40,106 nt of DNA from Phenylobacterium sp. (GTDB taxonomy: Bacteria; Pseudomonadota; Alphaproteobacteria; Caulobacterales; Caulobacteraceae): the NCBI GenBank assembly GCA_046092925.1, contig JBJTEN010000050.1, positions 1-40,106 on the forward strand. The letters are read 5' to 3'. The translations under genes and the position numbers were made by a program. Below the pieces are notes generated by a model that had not been told where the DNA came from, made no database searches, and saw only the letters and a list, made by a program, of their open reading frames with translations. This document shows positions 9,878-21,177 of the stretch, one piece after another. Numbering within the stretch: the stretch's first letter is position 1; each line of letters begins with the position of its first letter.

Positions 9878-9979
9878 CTCGTTTCCTCCCCTTGTGCTGC
9901 AGACCGGTTGTTTGTCCCGGTTCCCGCGCATGGACCCACAGATTGCCTTGTCCTTCGCGAGGCCGCCATCACAATTTTG

Positions 9980-11119
9980 TCAAGGTTGAAGGGGCGAGAC
10001 CCGCGGCGCGAACCAGACGGCGTCGACGGCGCCGGGCAGGCTGATCTCGATGACGGTGTTGTACATGTGGGCGATGCGCACGGGCGTCTCCGGCGCGGAC
10101 CGGGCGTCCAGCAGGACCGGTCGGTCGAACCGCGCGGCGAGGCGAGCGTTGAGGGTGTCCGGCCCGAAGTCGGCCCTGCGGGGCAGGTCCGCCAGGGGCT
10201 GGGAGTCCTCGCCGCCGCCATAGATCATCCAGACGATGAACATGGGCAGGCCCAGCTCGCGCCCGACATGATGGCCGAGGGAGGGGGTGCGCGCGCCGCC
10301 GGGACCAACAATGCCCGGGGCGGCGAGGGCGGCGTCGTCGCGCACCAGGTGCAGGGCGTGGCCCATGAGGACCAGCTTGCCCGGGCTGAGGGCCCGGATG
10401 TCCGCCAGCCGCCGCTTCATGGCGTCCTCGCGGAAGGCCATGGCCGGAGCGGTCTCGGCGTAGGTTGCGGCGTCCCTGACGAGGGCGGTGTAGGCCAGGC
10501 CGTCGATGAGGGCGGAGAGGTCGGCCCGGGCCAGGGGGTCAAGGCCGGCCGGGGCCTCGTCCAAGCGGGCGGAGCGCCGCGCGGCCTCTTCCTCAAGCGA
10601 CTCGCCCGGGCGCCGGGCTATGGCCCGCGCCCAGACCGCCGGCGCCCCCGTCGCCTGCAGCCGGGCGAGGAGGTCGGCATAGCCGCCCTCATGCCCCGCC
10701 GCGACGTCGAAGCCATGGAAGGCCCCGGGCTCCAGCACCCGGTAGAACCGGGCCTGTTCCGCCCGCATCCGGTCGAAGGGATAGGTCTCCCAGGAGGCGC
10801 GGAAGATCCCTGTGGGCCGGTCGTCCCGGTCTGACCGCGCCTCGCCCCGCCAGCCGAACAGGGACAGGCGGTCGAAGACGGCGTCGTCCCGGGTCTCGAA
10901 ATAGGTCGCCAGCCGGCGGCCGTCCGACCACCCCAGCTCCTCGGCCCAGGTGTTGAAGCCCAGCCGCCGGGCCTGCCGGGCCATGGCGATTCGGAAGTCG
11001 CCCTTCTCGTGGACGAAGTGATTGAACTCCCCCAGCACCAGGACTTCCGCCTCGCCGGCGTCGAGGTCTCCGGGCTCCAGGACCGCCCGGTCGAACCAGG
11101 CGTCCAGGGCGTGGCTCAC
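9980..11119 (-). CDS. Erythromycin esterase family protein
   Basis: VLVLGEFNH, GFNTWAEE, FREDAM and KLVLMGHALHL resemble the Ere-family GExxH, E, R..M and WAHNxH motifs. No signal peptide. GTGA overlap with the upstream gene. Confidence 0.68.
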   Translation of the reverse strand: MSHALDAWFDRAVLEPGDLDAGEAEVLVLGEFNHFVHEKGDFRIAMARQARRLGFNTWAEELGWSDGRRLATYFETRDDAVFDRLSLFGWRGEARSDRDDRPTGIFRASWETYPFDRMRAEQARFYRVLEPGAFHGFDVAAGHEGGYADLLARLQATGAPAVWARAIARRPGESLEEEAARRSARLDEAPAGLDPLARADLSALIDGLAYTALVRDAATYAETAPAMAFREDAMKRRLADIRALSPGKLVLMGHALHLVRDDAALAAPGIVGPGGARTPSLGHHVGRELGLPMFIVWMIYGGGEDSQPLADLPRRADFGPDTLNARLAARFDRPVLLDARSAPETPVRIAHMYNTVIEISLPGAVDAVWFAPRVSPLQP

Positions 11120-12036
11120 GCCAGCAGTTCCGGCGGGTAGTCGGCGTAGGAGTGCTTGAGGGTGGCGTGGTTGAGCAGCATCTCGGCCACCTGCTCGGTC
11201 CCGGTGGAATCATAGATCCGCGTGCGGACCCAGTAGGACTCCGTGCGCTTGCTCTGGGCCAGGGCGGCGATCTCCCGGCGGATGACATAGTCCTCGCCGA
11301 CGAAGAGGGGCCCCTTGATCAGCCGGATCTCCTGGTCGGCGAACAGGCCCACGGCGGGGCCCTTCACGGGGAAACGCGCCGAATGCGATGAGTACTCCGC
11401 CAGGACGCTGATCATCTCGAAGGGGATGATGGGCCGGCCCCAGGGCGAGGCTGCGGCGTCCGAATACCAGGGCGAGGTCTCGGTGATGACCTTCAGCTTG
11501 TCGTTCAGGGTGAAGGGATAGAGGGAGCCCATGTGCTGGTCCGGGTCCATCCGCACCCGCTCCTCGGCGACGCCCTTCAGGCCCACATGCAGGTCCTCCA
11601 GGATGACCAGCCGGCCGGGCGGGCGCAGGGCGGCCATGCGGCCTTCCAGAAGGGTCTGGCCGTGGTCCGGACCCAGGCTGGCCGAGGCCTCCAGCACCGG
11701 CGTGCCGTCGGCCTTCTCGGCCCAGATGCGGGTGGAGGTCGCGCCGGCGGCGGGGACCTCGGCGAAGGCCCGGACCTCCTCGCCCTCCACCACCATGTTC
11801 AGGTAGTGCGAGGAGATGCAGCCGCGCTCGAACCAGGCGTTCCCCCAGATCTGCTGCAGGAGGGGCGGGAAGAGGCTGAAGTGGGTCGGGCCCTCGATGG
11901 GGCCGGCGCGGAAGCCCAGCTTCTCGGCCATGGCGTCGTCATGGATCGAGGCGTGGCCGCCATATTCCTGGTCGGCCAGCATCTGGCGCGGCGCCCGCAG
12001 GGGACCCTGGATGACCAGCGGCGTCTGGAAGCTCAT
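11116..12036 (-). CDS. Hypothetical protein, probable tandem hotdog-fold (MaoC-like) hydratase/thioesterase
   Basis: SIHDDAMAEKLGFRAGPIEG resembles the hydratase-2 motif. The second half has SPWY...SPWGRPIIP and EIRLIKGPLFVGEDY. Start at ATG 12036 with AAGGA RBS. Confidence 0.6.
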   Translation of the reverse strand: MSFQTPLVIQGPLRAPRQMLADQEYGGHASIHDDAMAEKLGFRAGPIEGPTHFSLFPPLLQQIWGNAWFERGCISSHYLNMVVEGEEVRAFAEVPAAGATSTRIWAEKADGTPVLEASASLGPDHGQTLLEGRMAALRPPGRLVILEDLHVGLKGVAEERVRMDPDQHMGSLYPFTLNDKLKVITETSPWYSDAAASPWGRPIIPFEMISVLAEYSSHSARFPVKGPAVGLFADQEIRLIKGPLFVGEDYVIRREIAALAQSKRTESYWVRTRIYDSTGTEQVAEMLLNHATLKHSYADYPPELLA

Positions 12037-12058
12037 ATCGTGGGTCCTTTCCCTGATT

Positions 12059-12074
12059 TCAGTCACCGGTATGG
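12059..12074. promoter_or_regulatory. Candidate operator TCAGTCACCGGTATGG
   Basis: Motif match 22 nt upstream of the hotdog-gene ATG. Confidence 0.42.
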
Positions 12075-12168
12075 GCCGGGGCGCGGATTGTCTCGCATCC
12101 CTTCATCCTATACGGCTTTCGGGGACGACCAATATCCTCCGCAGGGCGAAGGCTGCAGCGGGGGGATT

Positions 12169-12184
12169 TCACCCGGGGGTATCC
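12169..12184. promoter_or_regulatory. Candidate operator TCACCCGGGGGTATCC
   Basis: Motif match 23 nt upstream of the SDR ATG at 12208, mirroring the site on the other side of the divergent region. Confidence 0.45.
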
Positions 12185-12207
12185 CGGGGCGCAACAGGGA
12201 GACGCGC

Positions 12208-13017
12208 ATGACCACCGGCTTCGACGACATCTTCTCCATCCGCGGCAAGGTCGCCCTGGTGACCGGCGGCTCGCGCGGCATAGGCGAGATGATCGCCGCC
12301 GGCTTCCTGGCCGCGGGCGCCAAGGTCTACATCTCCTCGCGCAAGGCCGACGTCTGCGACGCCACCGCCGAGCGGCTTTCGAAGACCTATGGCGGGACCT
12401 GCATCTCCCTGCCGGCCGACCTGTCGCAGATGAGCGGGATCGAGTCCCTCGCCGCGCGCCTCGCGGCGAAGGAGGAGAGGCTCGACATCCTGGTGAACAA
12501 CGCCGGCGCCGCCTGGGGCGCGCCCATCGAGGCCTTCCCCGAGGTGGGCTGGGACAAGGTGATGGACACCAACGTCAAGGGCGTCTTCTTCCTGACCCAG
12601 AAGCTCCTGCCCCTGCTGCGCAAGGCCGCCGCGGAGGGCGCCCCGGCCCGGGTCATCAACATCGGCTCCATCGACGGGCTGAAGTCGGCGGCCTTCGACA
12701 CCTTCTCCTACGGCGCCTCCAAGGCGGCCGTGCACCACCTGACCCGCTTCCTGGCCGCCCACCTGACCAAGGAGCGGATCCTCTGCAACGCCATCGCCCC
12801 TGGCCCCTATCCGACCTGGATGCTGTCCACCGGCGTGGGCTTCGGCGGCGAGACCGAGAACGCCGACTGGGACCGCGTCGGCCGGGGCAACCCCTCGGGC
12901 CGCGTCGGAACGCCCGAGGACATCGCCGGCCTCGCCATCTTCCTGTCCTCGCGGGCGGGGGAGTACGTGGTCGGCCAGGTCATCGCCAGCGACGGCGGGG
13001 CTGTCGGGACCTCCTGA
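12208..13017 (+). CDS. Short-chain dehydrogenase/reductase (RhlG/FabG-like)
   Basis: TGGSRGIG, NNAG, S...YGASK. GGGAG RBS before ATG 12208. Confidence 0.92.
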   Translation: MTTGFDDIFSIRGKVALVTGGSRGIGEMIAAGFLAAGAKVYISSRKADVCDATAERLSKTYGGTCISLPADLSQMSGIESLAARLAAKEERLDILVNNAGAAWGAPIEAFPEVGWDKVMDTNVKGVFFLTQKLLPLLRKAAAEGAPARVINIGSIDGLKSAAFDTFSYGASKAAVHHLTRFLAAHLTKERILCNAIAPGPYPTWMLSTGVGFGGETENADWDRVGRGNPSGRVGTPEDIAGLAIFLSSRAGEYVVGQVIASDGGAVGTS

Positions 13018-13029
13018 CCCCGACCGGCC

Positions 13030-13851
13030 TCAGCGGCCCGTGAAGACCGGCTCGCGCTTTTCCACGAAGGCGCGGGCCGCTTCCTTGTGGTCCGCCGTCT
13101 GGCCGCAGTGGACGTGGTGGGTGGCCTCCAGGTCCAGGCAGTCGTCCACCTCGCCGGACATGGCCCGGTTGAGGTTTTCCTTCATGTAGCGGTAGGCGAC
13201 GGTCGGCCCGCCGGCCAGCCGCAGGGCGATCTCGCGCGCCCGGGCCGCCAGCTCCTCGGGGGCGACCACCCAGTTGGCCAGGCCCAGCCGCAGGGCCTCC
13301 TCGGCGCTGACCCGCTCGGACAGGTAGTAGAGCTCGCGCGCCTTGGCCGAGCCGACCAGCTGGGTCAGGAAGTAGGTCCCGCCATAATCGCCCGAGAACC
13401 CGACCCGGGCGAAGGCCGTGGTCAGGATGGCGCTGGAGGCCATGATGCGCATGTCGCAGGCCAGGGCCAGGGACAGGCCCGCGCCGGCGGCCGGGCCGGG
13501 CAGGGCGGCCAGGGTGGGCTTGGGCATCTTGAACAGGCGCCCGGCGGTGGCCCTCTGGTTGACCCTCTGCCGGTGGATGGCCTGGTCGATCGTCGCCGCG
13601 CCGCCGGCGCCCTGGTTGCTTTCGTCCATGCCCTTGACGTCGCCGCCGGCGCAGAAGCCCTTGCCGGCCCCGGTCAGCACCACGACCTTCACCGCCGGGT
13701 CCAGCTCGGCCTTGGCCAGCTGGTCGGCGAGGGCCGCCGTCATCGCCCCGCTCATGGCGTTGCGCGCCTCGGGGCGATTGAGGGTCAGGGTCAGGACGCC
13801 CGCGTCGAGGTCGGCGAGCAGGTCCTGGGTTCCGGTATCGATGGCGGCCAT
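13030..13851 (-). CDS. Enoyl-CoA hydratase/isomerase (PaaG-like signature)
   Basis: TLNRPEARNA, FCAGGD, GAGLSLALACD, TAFARVGFSGDYG, FVEKREPVFTGR. Confidence 0.92.
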   Translation of the reverse strand: MAAIDTGTQDLLADLDAGVLTLTLNRPEARNAMSGAMTAALADQLAKAELDPAVKVVVLTGAGKGFCAGGDVKGMDESNQGAGGAATIDQAIHRQRVNQRATAGRLFKMPKPTLAALPGPAAGAGLSLALACDMRIMASSAILTTAFARVGFSGDYGGTYFLTQLVGSAKARELYYLSERVSAEEALRLGLANWVVAPEELAARAREIALRLAGGPTVAYRYMKENLNRAMSGEVDDCLDLEATHHVHCGQTADHKEAARAFVEKREPVFTGR

Positions 13852-13881
13852 GGGGCGAAGTCCTCCGGGGTTGGCTTGGGA

Positions 13882-15594
13882 TCAGGCGGCGACGCGGGCG
13901 CCGGCGCCGCGGACGACGCGACCCGAGCGACCGCCGGCGTGCTCGCCGTCGCGGAAGGCGACCTCGCCGTTGACGAGGGTGGCGTGGTAGCCGGTCGAGC
14001 CCTGGATGTAGCGGGGCGCGCCGCCGGGGAAGTCCCGGACGAGGCGCGGGTACTTCTCGCCGATGGCGGCCAGGTCGAAGACGTTGACGTCGGCCTGCAG
14101 GCCGGGGGCCAGGACGCCGCGGTCCCGGAGTCCGACCACGCGGGCCGGGCCGGAGGTCAGCTTGCGCACGCCCTCCTCCAGGGTGAACAGGCCCTCGTCG
14201 CGCACCCAGTGCGAGAGGATGAAGCTGGTCACGCCGCAGTCCATGACCTGGGCCACGTGGGCGCCCGCGTCCGAAAGGCCGGGCATGACCTGGGGATGGG
14301 GGAGGAAGTCGCGGACGGCGTCGATGTTCGAGCTGAACATCCGCCAGGTGAAGAGGCCGCGGCCGGCGGACTCAAGGCTCAGGCGGAAGAAGGTCTCGCT
14401 CCAGTGCTCGCCGGCGGCGCGGGCCATGGCGCCCAGGCTGTTGGCGGCGGGCTCCAGGTAGTTCGGCGTCTCCGCCGCGCCCATCCAGTAGGCGCCCTCG
14501 ATCCAGGGCAGGCGGCCTGCATCCATCGCCTTGGCCTCGGCGACCAGGGCGGCGCGGGCCTCGCTGTTGCGCAGGGTCGCCAGGCGGCCGTCGAGGTCGG
14601 CGGCGGCGAGGGCTTCCCAGGCCGGGCCGAAGAAGCCGCGCTGGCCCCAGATGTTCCGGGCGGGGATCCGGCTCTGCAGGCCGAAGACAAAGCCCGTCCC
14701 GCGGGGCAGGGACAGGGCGGTGATGTCCAGACCGCCCTCGCTCAGGCGCTCCAGGAATTCGGCGTTGCGGCGGCCGGAGTCCGGGCTGGCGCCGACGGTG
14801 TAGCTGAACAGGACCCGGGCCCGGCACTCGGCGGCCAGGCGGCGCAGCAGGGGGCCGCTGGCCATGTCCTTGCGCCCGAAGTCGACCACGTTCTGCATCA
14901 GGCCGTCCCGCGCCGCCACGGCGTGGCCGATGGCCACAACCTCGTCGTGGTCGGCGAAGGTGCCGGGGATGGACCGGCCGTCCGGCCCGACATGGCCGGG
15001 GAAGCGGTTGGAGGAGAAGCCGACGGCGCCGTCGTCCATGGCCTGGCCCATGATGCGGGCCATCTCGGCCTTCTCCTCGGGGGTGGACTCGCCCTCCACC
15101 GAGCGCTCGCCCATGATGTACCAGCGCAGGGCCGAGTGACCGACCATGCCGGCGACGTTGATGGCGGGGTTCAGCTTGTCGAGGGCGTCGAGGTACTCGC
15201 CATAGCTTTCCCACTCCCAGGACAGGCCGCCGAGGATGGCTTCCCGCGGGATGTCCTCCACGGTCTCCATCATGGCCGCCAGCAGGGGCCGGTCGGCTGG
15301 CTTGCAGGGGGCGAAGGTGACGCCGCAATTGCCCAGGAGGGCGGTGGTGACGCCATGCCAGCTGACCGGGGTCAGGAGGGGGTCCCAGCCGATCTGGGCG
15401 TCCAGGTGGGTGTGGATGTCCACGAAGCCCGGGGTGACGGTCAGGCCGTCCGCGTCGATCTCCTCGCGGCCGGGCCCGGCCTTGCCGCCGACCTGGACGA
15501 TCCTTCCGCCCTCGATGGCGACGTCCCCGGCGAAGGCCGCAGCCCCGGTCCCGTCGACAATGTTCCCGCCGCGAATGACGACGTCGTGGCCCAT
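13882..15594 (-). CDS. N-acyl-D-amino-acid deacylase family amidohydrolase (copy 1)
   Basis: IRGGNIVDGTG, PGFVDIHTHLD, HGVTT..GNCG, SDAGAH, DRGVLAPG..AD, TLVNG. GGGGAGG RBS before ATG 15594. Confidence 0.88.
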   Translation of the reverse strand: MGHDVVIRGGNIVDGTGAAAFAGDVAIEGGRIVQVGGKAGPGREEIDADGLTVTPGFVDIHTHLDAQIGWDPLLTPVSWHGVTTALLGNCGVTFAPCKPADRPLLAAMMETVEDIPREAILGGLSWEWESYGEYLDALDKLNPAINVAGMVGHSALRWYIMGERSVEGESTPEEKAEMARIMGQAMDDGAVGFSSNRFPGHVGPDGRSIPGTFADHDEVVAIGHAVAARDGLMQNVVDFGRKDMASGPLLRRLAAECRARVLFSYTVGASPDSGRRNAEFLERLSEGGLDITALSLPRGTGFVFGLQSRIPARNIWGQRGFFGPAWEALAAADLDGRLATLRNSEARAALVAEAKAMDAGRLPWIEGAYWMGAAETPNYLEPAANSLGAMARAAGEHWSETFFRLSLESAGRGLFTWRMFSSNIDAVRDFLPHPQVMPGLSDAGAHVAQVMDCGVTSFILSHWVRDEGLFTLEEGVRKLTSGPARVVGLRDRGVLAPGLQADVNVFDLAAIGEKYPRLVRDFPGGAPRYIQGSTGYHATLVNGEVAFRDGEHAGGRSGRVVRGAGARVAA

Positions 15595-15636
15595 GGCCCT
15601 TCCTCCCCACCTGCACCGCCGGCCTTGGCGGCCCGC

Positions 15637-15681
15637 TGATACCCTGTGTTCAGTTTCAGGCCCGCGGGCCCTCGGCGTCAA
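15637..15681 (-). promoter_or_regulatory. Predicted promoter (TTGACG at 15676-15681) with candidate operator TGAACACAGGGTATCA (15637-15652)
   Basis: TTGACG-N17/18-(T)GAAAC(T) is followed directly by the motif, upstream of amidohydrolase 1. Confidence 0.55.
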
Positions 15682-15707
15682 CGGCGGATCGTACGGGCGC
15701 GTGACTC

Positions 15708-15752
15708 TTGACCCCTGCGGGAGGGGGTGAGACGCTTCATACCGCAGTATCA
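15708..15752 (+). promoter_or_regulatory. Predicted promoter (TTGACC-N17-GACGCT) with near-perfect palindromic operator TCATACCGCAGTATCA (15737-15752)
   Basis: The motif starts immediately after the -10 hexamer, upstream of the BVMO gene. Confidence 0.6.
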
Positions 15753-15797
15753 AAACAGGCTTACGCGGGGTCAGTTCCTGCGGCAGGGAGGCAAGGC

Positions 15798-17621
<1,824 letters not shown>

Positions 17622-17629
17622 GGCCGGGC

Positions 17630-18409
17630 ATGGGCCAGCTTTCCCTTGACCTCCGCGACGGGATCGCCGTCATCACCTTCGGCAATCCGCCGCTGCAGGT
17701 GATGACGCCGGCGACGATGAACGAGCTCAACCGGATGATGCCCGAGCTGCGCTCGGACGACGTCCGCGCCATCGTCTTCACCGGGTCGGACGCCGCCTAC
17801 TTCATCCGCCACTTCTCGGTGGAGGAGCTGGACGAGACCGTCCGGGGCGGCGGGGGCGGCTGGGACCGGCCCATGGCCGAGATCCTCTACGAGCTGGAGC
17901 ACCTGCCCAAGCCCTTCATCTGCGCCCTGAACGGCTCGGCGGCGGGGGGCGGGCTGGAGTTCGCCCTGGCGGCGGACATCCGGGTGGCCAAGGACGGACC
18001 CTTCCGCTTCGGCCTGCCGGAGGTGTCGGTGGGCATCCTGCCCGGCGGCGGCGGCACCCAGAGGCTGACCGCCATCGTCGGCCGGGGCCGGGCCCTGGAG
18101 ATGATGCTGCGCCCGCGGCTGGTCTCGGCCCAGGAGATGCTGCAGCTCGGCGTCTTCCAGGAAGTGGTCCCCGCCGACAGCCCCGAGACCGCCCTGGACC
18201 GCGCCCTCGGCATCGCCCGGGAGATCGCCAGCCGGCCGGCCCGGGCCGTGGCCCATATCAAGCGACTGGCGCGCGAGGCGGTCTCGCCCGTGACCATGGA
18301 CATGCTGAAGCTGGAGGGCCGGCTCTTCGCCGACCTGATGGCCCAGCCGGAGACCCAGGCCCTGCTCAAGGGCGTGGCCGACCAGCACCGCGCCGAGCGC
18401 GGCGGCTGA
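17630..18409 (+). CDS. Enoyl-CoA hydratase/isomerase with both catalytic Glu residues
   Basis: GGGLEFALAAD, GLPEVSVGILPGGGGTQRL. Confidence 0.9.
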   Translation: MGQLSLDLRDGIAVITFGNPPLQVMTPATMNELNRMMPELRSDDVRAIVFTGSDAAYFIRHFSVEELDETVRGGGGGWDRPMAEILYELEHLPKPFICALNGSAAGGGLEFALAADIRVAKDGPFRFGLPEVSVGILPGGGGTQRLTAIVGRGRALEMMLRPRLVSAQEMLQLGVFQEVVPADSPETALDRALGIAREIASRPARAVAHIKRLAREAVSPVTMDMLKLEGRLFADLMAQPETQALLKGVADQHRAERGG

Positions 18410-18456
18410 CACCAACACACACAACGGCGACGGCCGGGACGGGGAGGAGAGATCCG

Positions 18457-19326
18457 ATGAAGGACTTCAGCGGCAAGATCGCGGTGGTGACCGGCGGCGG
18501 CAGCGGCATTGGCCGGGCCCTCGTGCAGGCCCTGACCGCCGAGGGCTGCAGCGTGGCCATGTGCGACATCCGCGAGGCCGACATGCTGGAGACGGTGCGC
18601 CTGGCCGAGAAGACCGCCGTCCAGGGAGTCCGGATCTCCACCTTCGTCGCCGACGTGGCCCAGGAAAAGGAGACCCTGGCCTTCCGCGACCATACGGGCG
18701 AGCAGCACGAGACGGACCACGTCCACCTCCTGTTCAACAACGCCGGCATCGGCGGCGGCGGCAGCTTCGTGAATACCCCTCGGGACCAGTGGGAGCGGAC
18801 CTTCGCGGTCTGTTGGTACGGGGTCTATCACAACGCCCGGGCCTTCCTCCCGATGCTGCTGAAGGCGCCCGAAGCGCACATGATCAATGTCTCCTCGGTC
18901 AACGGCTTCTGGGCCTCGCTCGGGCCGCAGACCGCTCATACCGCCTATTCCGCGGCCAAGTTCGCCGTGAAGGGCTTCACCGAGGCCCTGGTCAACGACT
19001 TCCGCAACAACGCCCCGCACGTAAAGGCCAGCGTAGTCATGCCCGGCCACATCGGCACCAACATCGCCATCAACTCGATGTCCGAGTTCGCCCCGCCCGA
19101 GGGGGCGACGGCGGAGGCCAAGGCCATGGGCGAGGCCTTCCGGGACAATGGGCTCCCCCCTGCCGAGGCGGCGCGGATCATCCTGGACGGGGTGCGCAAC
19201 GAGCGCTGGAGAATCCTGGTCGGACCCGACGCCGTGGCCCTGGACAAGGCGGTGCGCGCCCATCCGGAAGAGGCCTATGAGCATGGCATGGCCGACTTGG
19301 TGGCCCGGGCCATGGCCGGGGGTTGA
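18457..19326 (+). CDS. Short-chain dehydrogenase/reductase
   Basis: TGGGSGIG, FNNAG, SS...YSAAK. GGAGG RBS. Confidence 0.92.
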   Translation: MKDFSGKIAVVTGGGSGIGRALVQALTAEGCSVAMCDIREADMLETVRLAEKTAVQGVRISTFVADVAQEKETLAFRDHTGEQHETDHVHLLFNNAGIGGGGSFVNTPRDQWERTFAVCWYGVYHNARAFLPMLLKAPEAHMINVSSVNGFWASLGPQTAHTAYSAAKFAVKGFTEALVNDFRNNAPHVKASVVMPGHIGTNIAINSMSEFAPPEGATAEAKAMGEAFRDNGLPPAEAARIILDGVRNERWRILVGPDAVALDKAVRAHPEEAYEHGMADLVARAMAGG

Positions 19327-19337
19327 CCGCCCTGCGG

Positions 19338-19381
19338 TTGACGCCTCTGGCCATTCATGAAACTTTGAGCAAGTGGTATCT
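19338..19381 (+). promoter_or_regulatory. Predicted promoter (TTGACG) with candidate operator TGAGCAAGTGGTATCT (19366-19381)
   Basis: The motif lies directly after the -10 region upstream of amidohydrolase 2, inside a TTTGAG-N10-CTCAAA inverted repeat. Confidence 0.52.
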
Positions 19382-19461
19382 CAAATGAGCTAGCGCAGGA
19401 AAGGCTTCCCGGGAGTTTTGAGGCCTTGACCTGCGCTGGCGTGAAGGCTTGGGGGGAAGTC

Positions 19462-21099
19462 ATGGGTCATGACCTGGTCATCCGGGGCGGTTCGGTCGTC
19501 GACGGCACGGGTGCGGCGGCGCGGACGGCGGACGTCGCCATCGACGGGGGCCTGATCACTGCGGTCGGCATGGTCGAGGGCGCAGGCCGGAAGGCGTGCG
19601 CCGCCGCCGGCTGCATCGTCACCCCCGGCTTCGTCGACCTGCACACCCACCTCGACGCCCAGATCGGCTGGGACCCGGACCTGACCCCGGTCAGCTGGCA
19701 CGGTGTGACCACCGCCCTCCTCGGCAACTGCGGACTGACCTTCGCCCCCTGCAAGCCGGCCGACCGGCCCCTGCTGGCGGCCATGATGGAGACGGTCGAG
19801 GACATCCCCCGGGAGGCCATCCTGTCGGGCCTTCCCTGGACCTGGGAGGATTACGGCGGCTTTCTCGACGCCCTCGAGGGCATCCGGCCGGGCATCAATG
19901 TCGCGGGCCTGGTGGGGCACTGCGCCGTACGCTACGCCGTGATGGGCGACCGGTCCTTCTCGGACCAGGCGACGCCTGACGAGCTGGGCCGGATCTGCGC
20001 CATCGTCGGCGAGGCCATGGACCGGGGCGCCCTCGGCTTTTCCACCAACCGCTATGAGCCGCACAAGGCGCCCGACGGCCGGTCCATCCCGGGCACCTTC
20101 GCCGACGTTTCGGAGCTCGTCGCCATCGCCCGCACCGTGGGGGGCCGCGGCGGGCTGATGCAGGCCGTAGGCGCCTCACCCGAGGTCCTGCAGGCCATCG
20201 CCGACGCCGGCGCCCGGGTCCTCTTCAGCTGGGGCGTGGGGGCCCAGAAGGGCGCGGGCCGCGGCGGTGCGGAATACCTCGACCGGATGATCGGCGAGCG
20301 GGACATGACCGCCATCATCCAGGTCCGCGGCACCGGCTTCATGTTCGGCCTCCAGTCCCACCTGCCCTTCCGTGGCGAGACCTGGGAGCGCGTCCGCAAG
20401 CTGGACCTGGCCGGCCGGCTCGCGGCCATCCGCGACGCCGCCACCCGCGAGGCCCTCCTCGCCGAGGGCCGCCGGACCGATGGCTGGAAGGATCTGGCGA
20501 CCATCTATGACCTCGGCGCCGGCGACAGTCCGGACCATGGGCAGGAGGTCGACCAGAACATGCGCCAGGTCATGGAGCGCACCGGCAGGAGCTTCGTGGA
20601 GCTCTTCCTGGACCAGGCGCTTGCGACCGAGGGGCGGGGCCTCTTCAACCTGAGGCTGTTCTGCCAGAACCTGGACGAGCTGGGCGACCTGTTCGCCAGC
20701 CCGCGCATCCTGCCCAGCCTCGGCGACGCCGGCGCCCACGTCTCGCAGATCATGGACGCAGACTGGTCGACCTTCGTCCTGTCCTACTGGGTCCGAGACC
20801 GCGGCGTGTACTCCCTGGAGGAGGGCGTCCGGCGCATGACGGCGGAGCCGGCCCGCGTTCTCGGCCTGTCGGACCGCGGGGTCCTGGCCCCCGGCCGGAG
20901 GGCGGACGTGAACGTCATCGACCTGGCGGAGCTCCGTAGCCTCCAGCCGCAGATCGTCAACGACTTCCCGGGCGGCGCGCCGCGCTACATCCAGAGGGCC
21001 CGGGGCTATCGCGCGACGATCGTCAACGGCGGCGTGAACATCGAGGACGACAGGCATACGGGAGAACGCGCCGGACAGGTGCTTCGCCGGGTTCACTGA
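19462..21099 (+). CDS. N-acyl-D-amino-acid deacylase family amidohydrolase (copy 2)
   Basis: PGFVDLHTHLD, HGVTT..GNCG, GDAGAH. Clear paralog of 13882-15594. Confidence 0.88.
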   Translation: MGHDLVIRGGSVVDGTGAAARTADVAIDGGLITAVGMVEGAGRKACAAAGCIVTPGFVDLHTHLDAQIGWDPDLTPVSWHGVTTALLGNCGLTFAPCKPADRPLLAAMMETVEDIPREAILSGLPWTWEDYGGFLDALEGIRPGINVAGLVGHCAVRYAVMGDRSFSDQATPDELGRICAIVGEAMDRGALGFSTNRYEPHKAPDGRSIPGTFADVSELVAIARTVGGRGGLMQAVGASPEVLQAIADAGARVLFSWGVGAQKGAGRGGAEYLDRMIGERDMTAIIQVRGTGFMFGLQSHLPFRGETWERVRKLDLAGRLAAIRDAATREALLAEGRRTDGWKDLATIYDLGAGDSPDHGQEVDQNMRQVMERTGRSFVELFLDQALATEGRGLFNLRLFCQNLDELGDLFASPRILPSLGDAGAHVSQIMDADWSTFVLSYWVRDRGVYSLEEGVRRMTAEPARVLGLSDRGVLAPGRRADVNVIDLAELRSLQPQIVNDFPGGAPRYIQRARGYRATIVNGGVNIEDDRHTGERAGQVLRRVH

Positions 21100-21135
21100 C
21101 CCAGCTTCATCGAAACTCCTCTTGAAGCTGAAACT

Positions 21136-21170
21136 GCGTCGGAGCGGACATCCGTCTCCGGCGTCCTTTT
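21136..21170 (+). terminator. Probable terminator between amidohydrolase 2 and the convergent TetR gene
   Basis: GCGTCGGAG-CGGA...TCCG-T-CTCCGGCGT stem followed by CCTTTT. Confidence 0.55.
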
Positions 21171-21177
21171 GTCCGCC

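Noticed and set aside
9980-11119. Acquired macrolide resistance gene (ereA/ereB)
   Set aside because: Only family-level motifs are present, the composition looks like the host's, and there is no mobile element or integron context.
13087-15639. Long antisense or alternative-frame ORFs (for example 850 aa at 13087-15639, 714 aa at 32778-34922, 615 aa at 21913-23760, 276 aa at 35-865)
   Set aside because: They overlap well-supported genes and have no recognisable motifs. Long shadow ORFs are expected from high-GC codon bias.
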